Of a stretch of 64,000 bases of DNA, positions 8,550 to 17,936 are shown one piece after another. The stretch covers positions 186,193-250,192 of the forward strand of contig JAVJNR010000006.1 in assembly GCA_040217195.1 (NCBI GenBank). The letters run 5' to 3'. The notes below the pieces were generated by a model. It searched no databases and had not been told where the DNA came from. It saw only the letters and a program-made list of their open reading frames with translations. The position numbers and the translations under genes were made by a program. The stretch is from Leptospiraceae bacterium. GTDB taxonomy: Bacteria; Spirochaetota; Leptospiria; Leptospirales; Leptonemataceae. The number at the start of each line of letters is the position of its first letter. Position 1 is the first letter of the stretch.

Positions 8550-10145
8550 ATGCTTTTATTTCGAAGATCGATCTTTATAATTATATTCCTTTCTATTTCT
8601 GGGCTATATACTAACTGCCGGCTGGCAGGTTCCCATCAGCAGGGACCGAAAATCACAGCACAGCAATCCCAGGACTGTAAAGCTCAATGTCTGTCCGGTA
8701 AATGTAACAATGGAACCGGAAAATATGAATTCCCCGACTGCAGTATTTACGAAGGGGAATTTCAGAACGGTCTTCGAAATGGAAAAGGTGAGTACCGGTT
8801 TCCTTCAGGCACCAAATTGCTGGGTCACTTCGACGAAGGAAGGCCTATTGGCGCTTTCGAATATCATTTTCCAGAAGGAGCAGTATTTCGCGGTCGTATT
8901 CACAATGAGAATAGCGATGGCGACGTAGGACTGAGTATCAATGGCGCCACCGGCTTTCTGGAACTCAACGGGCAACGAAGATCCTGTCAGATTCTGGATT
9001 TTCGACTGCACTGTGGTGATCCAATAAAAGCTAGAGTCAGTGAAGAGCAGGCTGCAAGAGCCGATGTTCCGGTGGGCTTGAAGGCCAACGAAATTAAATT
9101 CTTACTCCTGTATGCACCGCAAAGTGCCCGACTGCTGCGCAATAATCAGGAATACTCTGTGGACTCCGGCTATCCACTGGCGCCTGGAGATACAATCATC
9201 ACTACCCAGCATGCAGCTGACATCCAGGGAGAAGGTGGATTCGCAATACGATTGAAGCCTTTTAGCGAGCTCTACATCCCATTGGATGCAAGAGATGAAC
9301 GAGTGCTTCAACTGAATCGCGGTTCATTAATTGTCGATTACGACGGTAAAGGTCCTCTTCCATTTCGCGTGCGGTCTGGAGGATTAAACGTAGATGTAAA
9401 AGGAACTACCTTTGTCGTAGAGGCCGGTGATGATAAAAATCGAGTGAAGGTTCGGGTTCTGGAAGGGGAAGTGAAGCTCAGCCGGGATTCGGCTGTACTG
9501 GATAAGGTTCGCAAAGGAGACTTGAAAAAGTATCCCAATCTGGAGGATGCAATCCAGGGAATGGAGGGAACCGTTTCTCTTACGGCCGGGGATGAAGCCA
9601 CGGCTATTGTGATGGATCCGGGGAGTAATCCAGATGATCTGGCCAGTTCTGCTTCCAGGGATTCCGGCCCGAAGGTTTCTGAAGCGAGTGAAGAGGATTT
9701 GCGAAAGGATGAGCAGGAAGCCGCTCTCATGCCGGTGCTTCCCGAAGAAGATTTCGCCGAGGCCAGAGAAGACGGACTGAGCGGCGATCCTGAAGATAGG
9801 CAGGAGGCCGCAGCCACAATAGAAAAGCGCTATCGAAAGGAAGTGGAATCCAGAGGGGATGACCTGGAGCAGCAACTTCAAATCAGCACAGACATTAAAA
9901 CACCGGAAGATTTCAAAAAGGCCTATCCAGTTCTGGAAGTGGTGCATATGATTCAGGGCACCCGACGGGCTGGTTCGATCATCGCTCAGGCCGGTGGATT
10001 ACTATTTCTTTATGCTCCGGATGGATTGTATCGCGTGCCTATTGAGGATGTGGACTACGTAGATTACTATAATCAGGATGAGATGGATATGGACATACTG
10101 ACCAATCCCGACCCGGATAAAAAGAGCCAGAAAAGCGAAGAATAA
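8550..10145 (+). CDS. Probable lipoprotein with MORN repeats and a FecR-like domain (LipL45-like C-terminal half); probable start ATG 8550
   Basis: Signal peptide ending GLYTNC; MORN repeats CLSGKCNNGTGKY, YEGEFQNGLRNGKGEYRFPSG; FecR motifs GDTIIT and VKGTTFVV...VRVLEGEV. Confidence 0.75.
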   Translation: MLLFRRSIFIIIFLSISGLYTNCRLAGSHQQGPKITAQQSQDCKAQCLSGKCNNGTGKYEFPDCSIYEGEFQNGLRNGKGEYRFPSGTKLLGHFDEGRPIGAFEYHFPEGAVFRGRIHNENSDGDVGLSINGATGFLELNGQRRSCQILDFRLHCGDPIKARVSEEQAARADVPVGLKANEIKFLLLYAPQSARLLRNNQEYSVDSGYPLAPGDTIITTQHAADIQGEGGFAIRLKPFSELYIPLDARDERVLQLNRGSLIVDYDGKGPLPFRVRSGGLNVDVKGTTFVVEAGDDKNRVKVRVLEGEVKLSRDSAVLDKVRKGDLKKYPNLEDAIQGMEGTVSLTAGDEATAIVMDPGSNPDDLASSASRDSGPKVSEASEEDLRKDEQEAALMPVLPEEDFAEAREDGLSGDPEDRQEAAATIEKRYRKEVESRGDDLEQQLQISTDIKTPEDFKKAYPVLEVVHMIQGTRRAGSIIAQAGGLLFLYAPDGLYRVPIEDVDYVDYYNQDEMDMDILTNPDPDKKSQKSEE

Positions 10146-10323
10146 ACCAGACTGATATTGGTTCCGGTGACTTTTGATAAATGCCTCAGGTTTTTCAGGT
10201 TGGATCAGTTTCCATAACTCAATTGCGTCTCATAGTCGTCTCCCGGCTTTCTGTGATTTACTTGACCCGCTGACCGATTATTCCTTGAATAGGAAGAGCA
10301 GATTATTGCTGCCAGGAGAACCC

Positions 10324-10857
10324 ATGAGCGAGAAACCATTTCTGACTGATGTTAAAACACTGCGCGAACGCGCGCGAAAGGAAATTGAAAAGGGTGCTGT
10401 GACTGCAGGATATCAGGCAGATGTGGAGCAGGTAGTGGAGCTACTAAATACAGCTCTGGCTACAGAAATTGTATGCGTTTTACGGTATAAGAGGCACTTT
10501 TATATGGCCGATGGACTGAATTCTGAGGCCGCGGCTCAGGAATTCCTTCAGCATGCGAACGAAGAGCAGCAACATGCTGATCAGCTGGCTCAAAGAATCG
10601 TTCAGCTGGGGGGAGAGCCAAACTTCAATCCTGAAGGACTGGCCAGTCGAAGTCATGCGGAATACGTAGAAGGCGAAAACCTCATTGAAATGATTAAAGA
10701 GGATCTGGTGGCCGAAAGGATTGCCATCGATAGCTATCGTGAAATGATCGATTATATTGGGCCCAGGGATTCTACCACCAGGAGAATGCTGGAGGATATC
10801 CTGGCCATGGAAGAAGAGCATGCGGACGATCTGGTAGGCATGCTGGAGAAACTCTAG
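10324..10857 (+). CDS. Bacterioferritin-like ferritin-fold protein; probable start ATG 10324
   Basis: Di-iron ligands in ALATE, EEQQH, LVAE and EEEH; RIVQLGGEP; no haem-ligand Met at the usual Bfr position. Confidence 0.85.
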   Translation: MSEKPFLTDVKTLRERARKEIEKGAVTAGYQADVEQVVELLNTALATEIVCVLRYKRHFYMADGLNSEAAAQEFLQHANEEQQHADQLAQRIVQLGGEPNFNPEGLASRSHAEYVEGENLIEMIKEDLVAERIAIDSYREMIDYIGPRDSTTRRMLEDILAMEEEHADDLVGMLEKL

Positions 10858-10964
10858 AATAGCCTGGCTTTATCCTGGCTTTGTTACGCCCGAATTCAGG
10901 CGCGAAATCGCTGCCTCTGTGTCCGTAGACCCGGGGGCGCAAGCATGAGCCATCCCGACTTGAT

Positions 10965-11903
10965 TTATCCATGTCCGCCTGAAACGGTGGATTTTAGTGC
11001 AGCCGCTTCCTCGAAAACATCGGCGTGGCACGCTACCGAGGCCTGAATGGGATCGGCGTAGCCTCCGCCCATAAACACCACTACCGGGCAATTCCAGTAA
11101 GCCACGTGCTGAAAAACCAATTGATTTCGTCGATCCAGGCCCTGGCGAGTTAGAGATAACTTTCCCAGGGTATCTTCTTCCAGAGGATCGCATCCCGCCT
11201 GGAAGAGGATTAGTTCAGGCTCAAACGGATAGAGAGCATGGGGCAATGCCTGTTTGAGAGCGGCAATATAGGTATCATCGTCTGCATTGTTTGGTAGTTC
11301 AATGTCTACATCGCTTCTCTCTTTTCGAAAGGGATAATTCTTTGCACCATGGATGGAAAAAGTTAGCACGCTGTCATCGTCGGCGAAAATGGAAGCCGTT
11401 CCATTTCCCTGGTGAACGTCGCAATCAATGATTGCAATTCTTTTGATTCCGTATTCCCTCTGTGCGATTCGCACGCAAATAGCAATATCATTAAAAACAC
11501 AAAATCCTTCTCCATGATCTGCGAATGCATGGTGGGTCCCTCCAGCCAGGTTCCCCGAAACACGGCTTTCATTTATGGCCGAATGCAAAGCTTCAATGCT
11601 GCCTCCTGTGATGGTTAAAGTTCGCTCTACGAATTCCGGTGTCCAGGGACGAAACCCTATTCGCCGGATTTCCGCATCTGTCATCTTTCCGTTCAGAAAT
11701 GTGTCTACGTAGGCCGAATCATGGATTAGTTTCAATTCCTCGATGGTGGCAGTTCTGGAGTTCTTAAAGTCCAATCGCAGATCTACATCTTCTTGCTTTC
11801 TGTTCTGGAGCTCCTCGAATACCAGCCTGTATCTATCCCGGGGGAATCGGGCATGGGGTGATATGGCCGATGTATAGATTTCATGATAATATAGCGGAAG
11901 CAT
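10965..11903 (-). CDS. Histone deacetylase family (class IV-like) amidohydrolase
   Basis: GGTHHA, GFCVFND, DCDVHQGNGT, GCDP, GGGY. Confidence 0.95.
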   Translation of the reverse strand: MLPLYYHEIYTSAISPHARFPRDRYRLVFEELQNRKQEDVDLRLDFKNSRTATIEELKLIHDSAYVDTFLNGKMTDAEIRRIGFRPWTPEFVERTLTITGGSIEALHSAINESRVSGNLAGGTHHAFADHGEGFCVFNDIAICVRIAQREYGIKRIAIIDCDVHQGNGTASIFADDDSVLTFSIHGAKNYPFRKERSDVDIELPNNADDDTYIAALKQALPHALYPFEPELILFQAGCDPLEEDTLGKLSLTRQGLDRRNQLVFQHVAYWNCPVVVFMGGGYADPIQASVACHADVFEEAAALKSTVSGGHG

Positions 11904-12156
11904 CTCTGTGGCACGCCGGGGGGCTGCCCCCGATCATGCAAGGAAAGTAAATCCACGTTTTCTGTCTCTAAAATCCCGGGCCAACCGCCGGTAGGGCCTC
12001 ACAGACTTGCCTCCAAGCTCTTGTAGCAGATGGATCGCACATTCTTAAGCCCTGAGATGGCTTCCGTAGTTTGCACATAGGGAATTCCTGCTCCAGGAGG
12101 CCTACTCTCGAATCTTTCCTCTATTTGATTTTTCGGAGCTTAGTGGGAAATTGAGA

Positions 12157-12184
12157 TTTACAAACCGACCCCGGTCGGTATAGT
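12157..12184 (+). promoter_or_regulatory. Sigma-70 promoter with overlapping TetR operator
   Basis: -35 TTTACA (12157-12162), 16-bp spacer, -10 TATAGT (12179-12184); palindrome ACCGACC-CC-GGTCGGT (12164-12179). Confidence 0.7.
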
Positions 12185-12192
12185 TGCTTGCA

Positions 12193-12819
12193 ATGCCCAG
12201 AGAACGAATGGATCCGCAAAAGCGAAGGGGGCAAATCCTGGGAGCGGCCCGGAGTCTAATCTTCAGCTCAACTGCGGAAGGAGTAAGGGTAGAGGACATA
12301 TTGCAGGAGCTTTCCCTCTCTAAAGGGGGCTTTTACCATCACTTTGCCTCAATGGAGGATGTGTTGGCCACGCTGGTGACTGAAGATCTGGCTGGATTGC
12401 TGGACACTTTGACGCGAAAGGCTCGGGAATCCCGATCCGCTGTGGAGGCTCTGCTCTGCCTATTTGATTTCGGTTCCGATGAGAAAGAGGGAGAGTCCGG
12501 AATCCTTCAGGCCATAGAATCCAGGCCATTGAAGCTAAGGTATCTGGAAATTCTCGAGCTGGTTCTTTATGATCCTCTGGATGAGTTGCTTCACAGTGTT
12601 CTGATCCGGGGTATGGACTCAGGTGATTTTGCACTTGTACCGGTTCAGGGCCTAGCTTCCATCTTTCGCGCGGTGAATCGACAACTGAACCGTCAGGCGA
12701 TCCTTCAGGAGGAGGTGGGAGAGATACCCATGGTCAGGCAAATGGCGCTCCGGATGCTTTTTCGGGAGTTGCAGATCATCCACCAGCCAGAGGTAGAAGA
12801 GTTTCTGGCTTCTTGGTAA
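12193..12819 (+). CDS. TetR/AcrR family transcriptional regulator; probable start ATG 12193
   Basis: HTH RRGQILGAARSLI...VEDILQELSLSKGGFYHHF. Confidence 0.9.
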   Translation: MPRERMDPQKRRGQILGAARSLIFSSTAEGVRVEDILQELSLSKGGFYHHFASMEDVLATLVTEDLAGLLDTLTRKARESRSAVEALLCLFDFGSDEKEGESGILQAIESRPLKLRYLEILELVLYDPLDELLHSVLIRGMDSGDFALVPVQGLASIFRAVNRQLNRQAILQEEVGEIPMVRQMALRMLFRELQIIHQPEVEEFLASW

Positions 12820-12836
12820 CGAAGCAGGAGAGCGAT

Positions 12837-13658
12837 ATGAAAACAGCTAAGGACATATTTAGAGAAGATAAGAATTCGGTAAACAAAGGGAGCATCTTCC
12901 GCTTTCTACTTTTAACGATGGGGATAGCGAGTATTGCCTTTTTATTGATGCTGGATGAGCCGGCCTACCATTCTCCTGAGGGTTTTCCGGCCATTCTGAT
13001 ATGGCTACTGGCTATCTGGAGTCCCACCATCGCAGCCATAGTAGTGGCCATGCGAAGAGGGAACCTGACGCAATTGCTTTCGCAGAGTTTTTGTATCCCA
13101 CGTAATCCAATAATGTTGAGTCTCGTTTTACTTCCGTTAATCTGTTTGATTTCATTAGTATCGTTTCTGTCTTTTAGCTGGCCCGAATTCCTCGGGTTTC
13201 CCCAGATTCTGCTTCTGGTGGGGATCAATCTTCTAATGGGCCCACTGGGCGAAGAGCTGGGATGGCGAGGCTTCCTGTATCCGGCTCTCCGGAATCGCCT
13301 GGGTTGGTTGGGTGCGGCGGTGGTGGTTGGCCTGATCTGGGGATTCTGGCATGGGCCCCTCTGGTTTATTGCATCTCCTCAATCGGAAATCCCTTTCGAG
13401 ATTTTTCTGGGAAACGTGATGGTGTTTAGCATCCTAATGGCCATTCTTCGAGATACCACAGGCCCCTCTCTGCTAGGCCCTGTATCACTTCATCTGACTA
13501 TCAACGTTGCAGCAGGATTGTTTGCACTTATGGAAATGGGGACACAGGCAGATTACTGGAGTTTCTCTCTGGTATTTCTGGGAGCCGTTGCCATGATCAG
13601 CGTCATAGTATATCAGTTCACTGAACGTCCACATTGTGGCGTGCCTGTTTCTAAATAA
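12837..13658 (+). CDS. CPBP (CAAX/Abi) family intramembrane glutamic endopeptidase; probable start ATG 12837
   Basis: GEELGWRG, WGFWH and LH...N motifs; RBS aggag. Confidence 0.9.
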   Translation: MKTAKDIFREDKNSVNKGSIFRFLLLTMGIASIAFLLMLDEPAYHSPEGFPAILIWLLAIWSPTIAAIVVAMRRGNLTQLLSQSFCIPRNPIMLSLVLLPLICLISLVSFLSFSWPEFLGFPQILLLVGINLLMGPLGEELGWRGFLYPALRNRLGWLGAAVVVGLIWGFWHGPLWFIASPQSEIPFEIFLGNVMVFSILMAILRDTTGPSLLGPVSLHLTINVAAGLFALMEMGTQADYWSFSLVFLGAVAMISVIVYQFTERPHCGVPVSK

Positions 13659-13766
13659 ACCGGTAGAAGTGGTGCCTAAAGAGGGGAATGCCTGGTATTT
13701 AGACCAGGCCTCCCGGGGTGGCCGAACCGATAAACTCTGGTGCATTTCTCCGCCCGGGAAGAGGCC

Positions 13767-13808
13767 CACTCTACATTTTTTTCTAAAGCTATTTCGTTCC
13801 GGGCCGAT
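13767..13808 (+). repeat. 42-bp direct repeat, left copy, containing a sigma-28 promoter motif
   Basis: cactctacatttttttctaaagctatttcgttccgggccgat, identical to 16779-16820. Confidence 0.95.
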
Positions 13809-13827
13809 GGATTGGCGCAGGTCCAGA

Positions 13828-14949
13828 CTATCTACCACTGAGTTTTTTTTGAAGCAATGGAGTTAATCGCTCCGTAAACTCCCGGGCTCCTTCAGCAGAA
13901 AGATGGGAACCTTCCGGGCAATCGAATCCTTGTAACTGTGCATAGTCCTCGAAATGGATTCCAGGGGCGCCGGAGATCTGGATCATAGGATCCCAGAAGA
14001 ACGGTCTTGGAGTAAACTTGCTCTCTAGCTCTCTCAGCGGGCCGGTGGAAGGAAATCTAACGAAGATCACCTTGCCGCCCCGGTCCTGGATCTTACCTAC
14101 CAGCGCCGCCGTTCGATTCACATGTGCCTGCACATGCTTTATGAATTGCTGCCTGGCCTGGTCCGGCGTAACACCCGGCGGCGGAGGCGGCGGTGTAAAT
14201 AGAGCCATCCATCCACTGGAGATCCTTGCGCGAAGGGTTTCATCCTCCTCTACCCGGGGCCATAGTCTGCCCTGCCGATCCGCATCCACTGTATGCATAT
14301 ACGGCGGTAGAGGAGGCCCGATGGCCGCATTCTGCCGATTTTCTATGGGAAGTCGCTCCAGCATTTTCTTTAGAGTAAGGTCATCTTCATTGAGAAATGC
14401 GACAAAGCTCTGCAATAGTCTATCCAGTCTATGGCCGATTCTTTCGGAAGGAGCCCAGCTTCTATAATGGTCCAGAGATTTCCTGGCATTCGCCACCGGC
14501 GGGCTTCCAGGAGGGGCAAACCACAGCGAAGGTGTTATTCCAATAATCACCGTGCCTTTCCAGCTTTCTTCATTAGCAAGATCCTCCAGATAGTCCGTGG
14601 CATTGGTGCCCACGGTGGCCAGCTGAATTGGGCGAGTCCCGGTAAGCTTTTCGTATGCATCCAAATTAAAGTCGAAAAGCATCCTGGAGCCACCGATTAG
14701 TACGGTGCTTTCCGGATTCTTACTCACCTCGCTTCGCACGGAGGCCCACAGATCATGTCCATCCTGCAGGGAAGCTTCGTAGCCTTGCAGGCGAACGAAT
14801 ATCTCCCATCCGGCCAGGATTGTGAGGGACAGGCCCAGGGTAATCAGTGCGATTCGACCCAGGGAACGTCGGGCCGGAACCACAAGTGTATAGTCATTTT
14901 CTGAAACCGAATTTGATACCGAATTAGAAACGGAAGTAGATGAATGCAT
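13828..14949 (-). CDS. Membrane-anchored SGNH/DltD-like partner of the MBOAT acyltransferase
   Basis: N-terminal TM segment, IGGSR block-I-like Ser, C-terminal EGSHLS (DxxH-like); overlaps the MBOAT stop. Confidence 0.65.
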   Translation of the reverse strand: MHSSTSVSNSVSNSVSENDYTLVVPARRSLGRIALITLGLSLTILAGWEIFVRLQGYEASLQDGHDLWASVRSEVSKNPESTVLIGGSRMLFDFNLDAYEKLTGTRPIQLATVGTNATDYLEDLANEESWKGTVIIGITPSLWFAPPGSPPVANARKSLDHYRSWAPSERIGHRLDRLLQSFVAFLNEDDLTLKKMLERLPIENRQNAAIGPPLPPYMHTVDADRQGRLWPRVEEDETLRARISSGWMALFTPPPPPPGVTPDQARQQFIKHVQAHVNRTAALVGKIQDRGGKVIFVRFPSTGPLRELESKFTPRPFFWDPMIQISGAPGIHFEDYAQLQGFDCPEGSHLSAEGAREFTERLTPLLQKKLSGR

Positions 14950-16345
14950 CGCCTGCTCCTTGAGATAGAATGATAGTTATCAACATGAAGGTCCAGATGG
15001 CCACGAATACTGGCAAAGGCCAGGATTGCACCACTTCGCCCAGGGTTTTATCTCTAAGCCAGATATGGCCGACCACCAGCGGAATAATGACCAGGGCCAC
15101 TTTCAGAATCTCCACCGTAGGTAGAAAAGCCGGGCCATCGGAAATAATCGAAAAGAGTGAAAGAAAAATCAGAATGGCTTTTTCGAAGTCCGGGGATCGA
15201 AAGAATACCCAGGTAAGGCTGACCAGAACAAATGTTAGTAGCATCAATCCGATCCGCACAGGCGATTTCTGCCACACCGCCAAGCTTCCCAGACCGCGAA
15301 CCAGTAACCTTTCGATTACCAGGAATAATCCGTGCACCAGCCCCCAGGCAACAAAAGTCCAGGCCGCGCCATGCCACAGTCCTCCCAGAAACATGGTAAT
15401 AAGTAGATTGGGAAGGGTGCGAAGCACACCTTTGCGATTGCCTCCCAGAGGGATATAGAGGTAATCCCGCAACCAGGTGGAAAGTGTAATGTGCCATCTG
15501 CGCCAGAAATCCGAAAAGCCCAGAGCTCCGTAAGGACTGCGAAAGTTATCTGGCAATTGAAATCCAAGGCACAGGGCCGTTCCTATAGCTACCACCGAGT
15601 ATCCGGCGAAATCCGCAAATATTTGCCCTCCAAAGGCCAGAACACCTACCCAGGCATCCATTACGGCCACCGGGCCAGGTCTGCCAAAGACGGTGTCTGC
15701 AGCCGGGGCCAGCATGGTATCTGCCATCACCATTTTCTGGAAAAGTCCCAGGGTTATCAGATAAAGTCCCCAGAGTAATTGAGTAGAGGTGGCTCTTTTT
15801 TCTTCCCGGGCCTGGGGCAAAAACTGTCCGGCTCGGACGATGGGTCCGGCCACCAGCTGTGGAAAGAAGGTTACATACAAGGCGAAGTTCAGCCAGGACG
15901 AGGAAGGCTGGATTTTTCCGCGGTATACATCCAATGTATAGGAAAGGGTTTGGAAGGTATAAAAAGAAATACCTACAGGCAGAATGATGCTGGGGGCCGC
16001 CGCTTCATATTCAATGCCGGCAGTGCCCAGAAGGGCGGTCATGTTGCTCAAAAGGAAACCGCCGTATTTGAAGAAAGCCAGCAAACCCAGATTCGTGATC
16101 AGGCTAATAACAACAAGAACTCGCTTTTTGCTCTGGTTTCTGGTTGCAGCAATGCCTTTAGCGACATACCAGTCCACCAGCGTGGAGCCCCATAGAAGTA
16201 GCACAAATGGAGGATTCCATGCGGCGTAGAACGCATAACTGGCAACTAGCAGGATTCCCTTGCGCATAGGCCAGGGGCGCACCATATAATAAAGCCCGAT
16301 TACGATAGCCAGAAAGACAACAAACGTTAGCGAATTAAAAAGCAC
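14924..16345 (-). CDS. MBOAT family O-acyltransferase (AlgI/PatA/DltB-like); probable start GTG 16345
   Basis: LPVGISFYTFQ, FFPQLVAGPI, FWRRWHITLSTWLRDYLYIPLGG, GLWHGA; C-terminal FIYFRF. Confidence 0.95.
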   Translation of the reverse strand: MLFNSLTFVVFLAIVIGLYYMVRPWPMRKGILLVASYAFYAAWNPPFVLLLWGSTLVDWYVAKGIAATRNQSKKRVLVVISLITNLGLLAFFKYGGFLLSNMTALLGTAGIEYEAAAPSIILPVGISFYTFQTLSYTLDVYRGKIQPSSSWLNFALYVTFFPQLVAGPIVRAGQFLPQAREEKRATSTQLLWGLYLITLGLFQKMVMADTMLAPAADTVFGRPGPVAVMDAWVGVLAFGGQIFADFAGYSVVAIGTALCLGFQLPDNFRSPYGALGFSDFWRRWHITLSTWLRDYLYIPLGGNRKGVLRTLPNLLITMFLGGLWHGAAWTFVAWGLVHGLFLVIERLLVRGLGSLAVWQKSPVRIGLMLLTFVLVSLTWVFFRSPDFEKAILIFLSLFSIISDGPAFLPTVEILKVALVIIPLVVGHIWLRDKTLGEVVQSWPLPVFVAIWTFMLITIILSQGAGDAFIYFRF

Positions 16346-16644
16346 ACACTGCTCCGGGACCCTCTTGGTTTCTCTGCCCGGCGGATGGTTCCGCAAATTG
16401 GCATAGTGAAGTCTATGGATTCAGATCCAGGATCCCGGGCTGTCAATGTAATTCATTCAGGAATGGATCAATCCCCCCTGAACAGGGGAGTCTTTGAGCC
16501 GTTCGCGGCTCTGTGCAGCGGGTCCTTTCTTTCTGAGGATTCATTCTTCGGTCTCCCAGCTTATGCTTTCGCCTTTCTTTCCACTCTCGAAGTTGTATCG
16601 TTCGATCGGTTTTGCGTCGATTCACCGGATTGTAAGGGGATTCT

Positions 16645-16740
16645 TTAAATGGACTCCGTTTGGATTCGAACGCAGATTTCAAGGGTGCGATGTACCGGAC
16701 ACTTATTTGCGATCTCGATTAGCTTCTCCTGTTGCTCGGC
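16645..16740 (-). pseudogene. C-terminal fragment of an OsmC/YhfA-family gene
   Basis: My translation AEQQEKLIEIANKCPVHRTLEICVRIQTESI* carries the IANKCPVHRTL signature; similarity is lost upstream, where the 42-bp repeat lies. Confidence 0.75.
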
Positions 16741-16778
16741 CTTGCACGGTATCCGATGGCCGCCCTGAATTCCCGGCG

Positions 16779-16820
16779 CACTCTACATTTTTTTCTAAAG
16801 CTATTTCGTTCCGGGCCGAT
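16779..16820 (+). repeat. 42-bp direct repeat, right copy
   Basis: Identical to 13767-13808. Confidence 0.95.
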
Positions 16821-16822
16821 CA
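16796..16822 (+). promoter_or_regulatory. Sigma-28 (FliA) promoter of the flaB genes
   Basis: TAAA-N15-GCCGATCA versus consensus TAAA-N15-GCCGATAA, about 270 bp upstream of flagellin. Confidence 0.75.
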
Positions 16823-17090
16823 TCTTTCTGTGAGGCACTGACACAAAAAGCCCTCCAGAGCCTGAATGAGTCCCCTGTGGGCAGTTCCAGGCTCCAAAAA
16901 GAAATGCAAATTTTTTTGCAGCCTGAGTCGTTTTTTTACGGTTCGGGCTAAAGGTCGTTCCTTCCTCCATCGAAAGTAGATACAGACAAAGATAGAACTC
17001 TGCATGCACAGACGGGCGCAAGGATGGCCCTGAAAAAGCAGAGTGTACATGAATGCCGGGTGACGCCGGCGCGTTTCAAGGAGGAAACGA

Positions 17091-17936
17091 ATGATAATCA
17101 ACCATAACCTTTCAGCGATTAATTCCCATCGCACGCTGAAATTTCAGCACTGGGATGTTGACAAGAACATGGAAAAACTGTCCTCCGGGATGCGAATCAA
17201 TCGCGCCGGAGACGATGCATCCGGTCTGGCTGTATCTGAAAAGATGAGAGCTCAGATCAGTGGATTGAGACAGGCAGAGAGAAATGCCGAAGACGGAATG
17301 AGCATGATTCAGACCGCCGAAGGATATCTGGCCGAAGTGGCCGATGTTCTGCAGCGAATCCGGGTACTTGCAATTCAGTCTTCCAACGGTATTTACACCG
17401 CCCAGGATCGACAGATGATCCAGGTGGAAGTCTCCGCCCTGGTGGATGAAGTGGATCGAATCGCTTCTCAGGCACAGTTCAATACAATGAATCTGTTTCT
17501 GGGGGAATTCGCACGAAATTCCAGACAGTCTTCCATGTGGTTTCACATCGGACCAAATCAGCACCACAGAGAACGAGTGTATATTCAGACAATGACTGCC
17601 AATGCACTCAATCTCAAGCAATTGGATGGAAACATCATGACGATTTCTACTGCAGAATTCGCCAATGAGGCTATCGGTACTCTTGACTCCGCGCTTGACA
17701 GAATCAACAAGCAGCGCGCCGACATGGGTGCCTATTACAACCGTCTGGAGCATGCTGCAAAAGGTCTGATGGTGGCTTATGAAAACACCCAGGCATCTGA
17801 AAGCCGTATTCGCGACGTGGATATGGCCGAAGAGGCAACTGCTTTTACCAAGAACCAGATTCTGGTTCAAACAGGAACGGCAATGCTTTCGCAGGCGAAT
17901 ATTCGCCCGCAATCAGTATTGCAATTACTGAGGTAA
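17091..17936 (+). CDS. flaB: Periplasmic flagellar filament core protein (flagellin) FlaB
   Basis: MIINHN start, [35 protein letters not shown]; 281 aa; RBS aggagg. Confidence 0.97.
   Translation: MIINHNLSAINSHRTLKFQHWDVDKNMEKLSSGMRINRAGDDASGLAVSEKMRAQISGLRQAERNAEDGMSMIQTAEGYLAEVADVLQRIRVLAIQSSNGIYTAQDRQMIQVEVSALVDEVDRIASQAQFNTMNLFLGEFARNSRQSSMWFHIGPNQHHRERVYIQTMTANALNLKQLDGNIMTISTAEFANEAIGTLDSALDRINKQRADMGAYYNRLEHAAKGLMVAYENTQASESRIRDVDMAEEATAFTKNQILVQTGTAMLSQANIRPQSVLQLLR

Noticed and set aside
14899..14937. 12-bp-period repeat encoding SVSN-SVSN-SVSE
   Set aside because: In-frame low-complexity N-terminal expansion that would not shift the frame
13767..16820. The 42-bp and 29-bp repeats as CRISPR, integron attC or IS ends
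   Set aside because: Only two direct copies each, kilobases apart; no spacers, attC-like palindrome, terminal inverted repeats, cas gene, integrase or transposase
16949..16976. Second sigma-28-like promoter (TAAA-N16-ATCGAAAG) nearer flaB
   Set aside because: Only half of the -10 positions match; not supportable without TSS data
17112..17912. 266-aa antisense ORF over the first flaB, and many similar shadow ORFs across the window
   Set aside because: Fully overlaps a well-supported gene on the other strand and has no protein-like motifs
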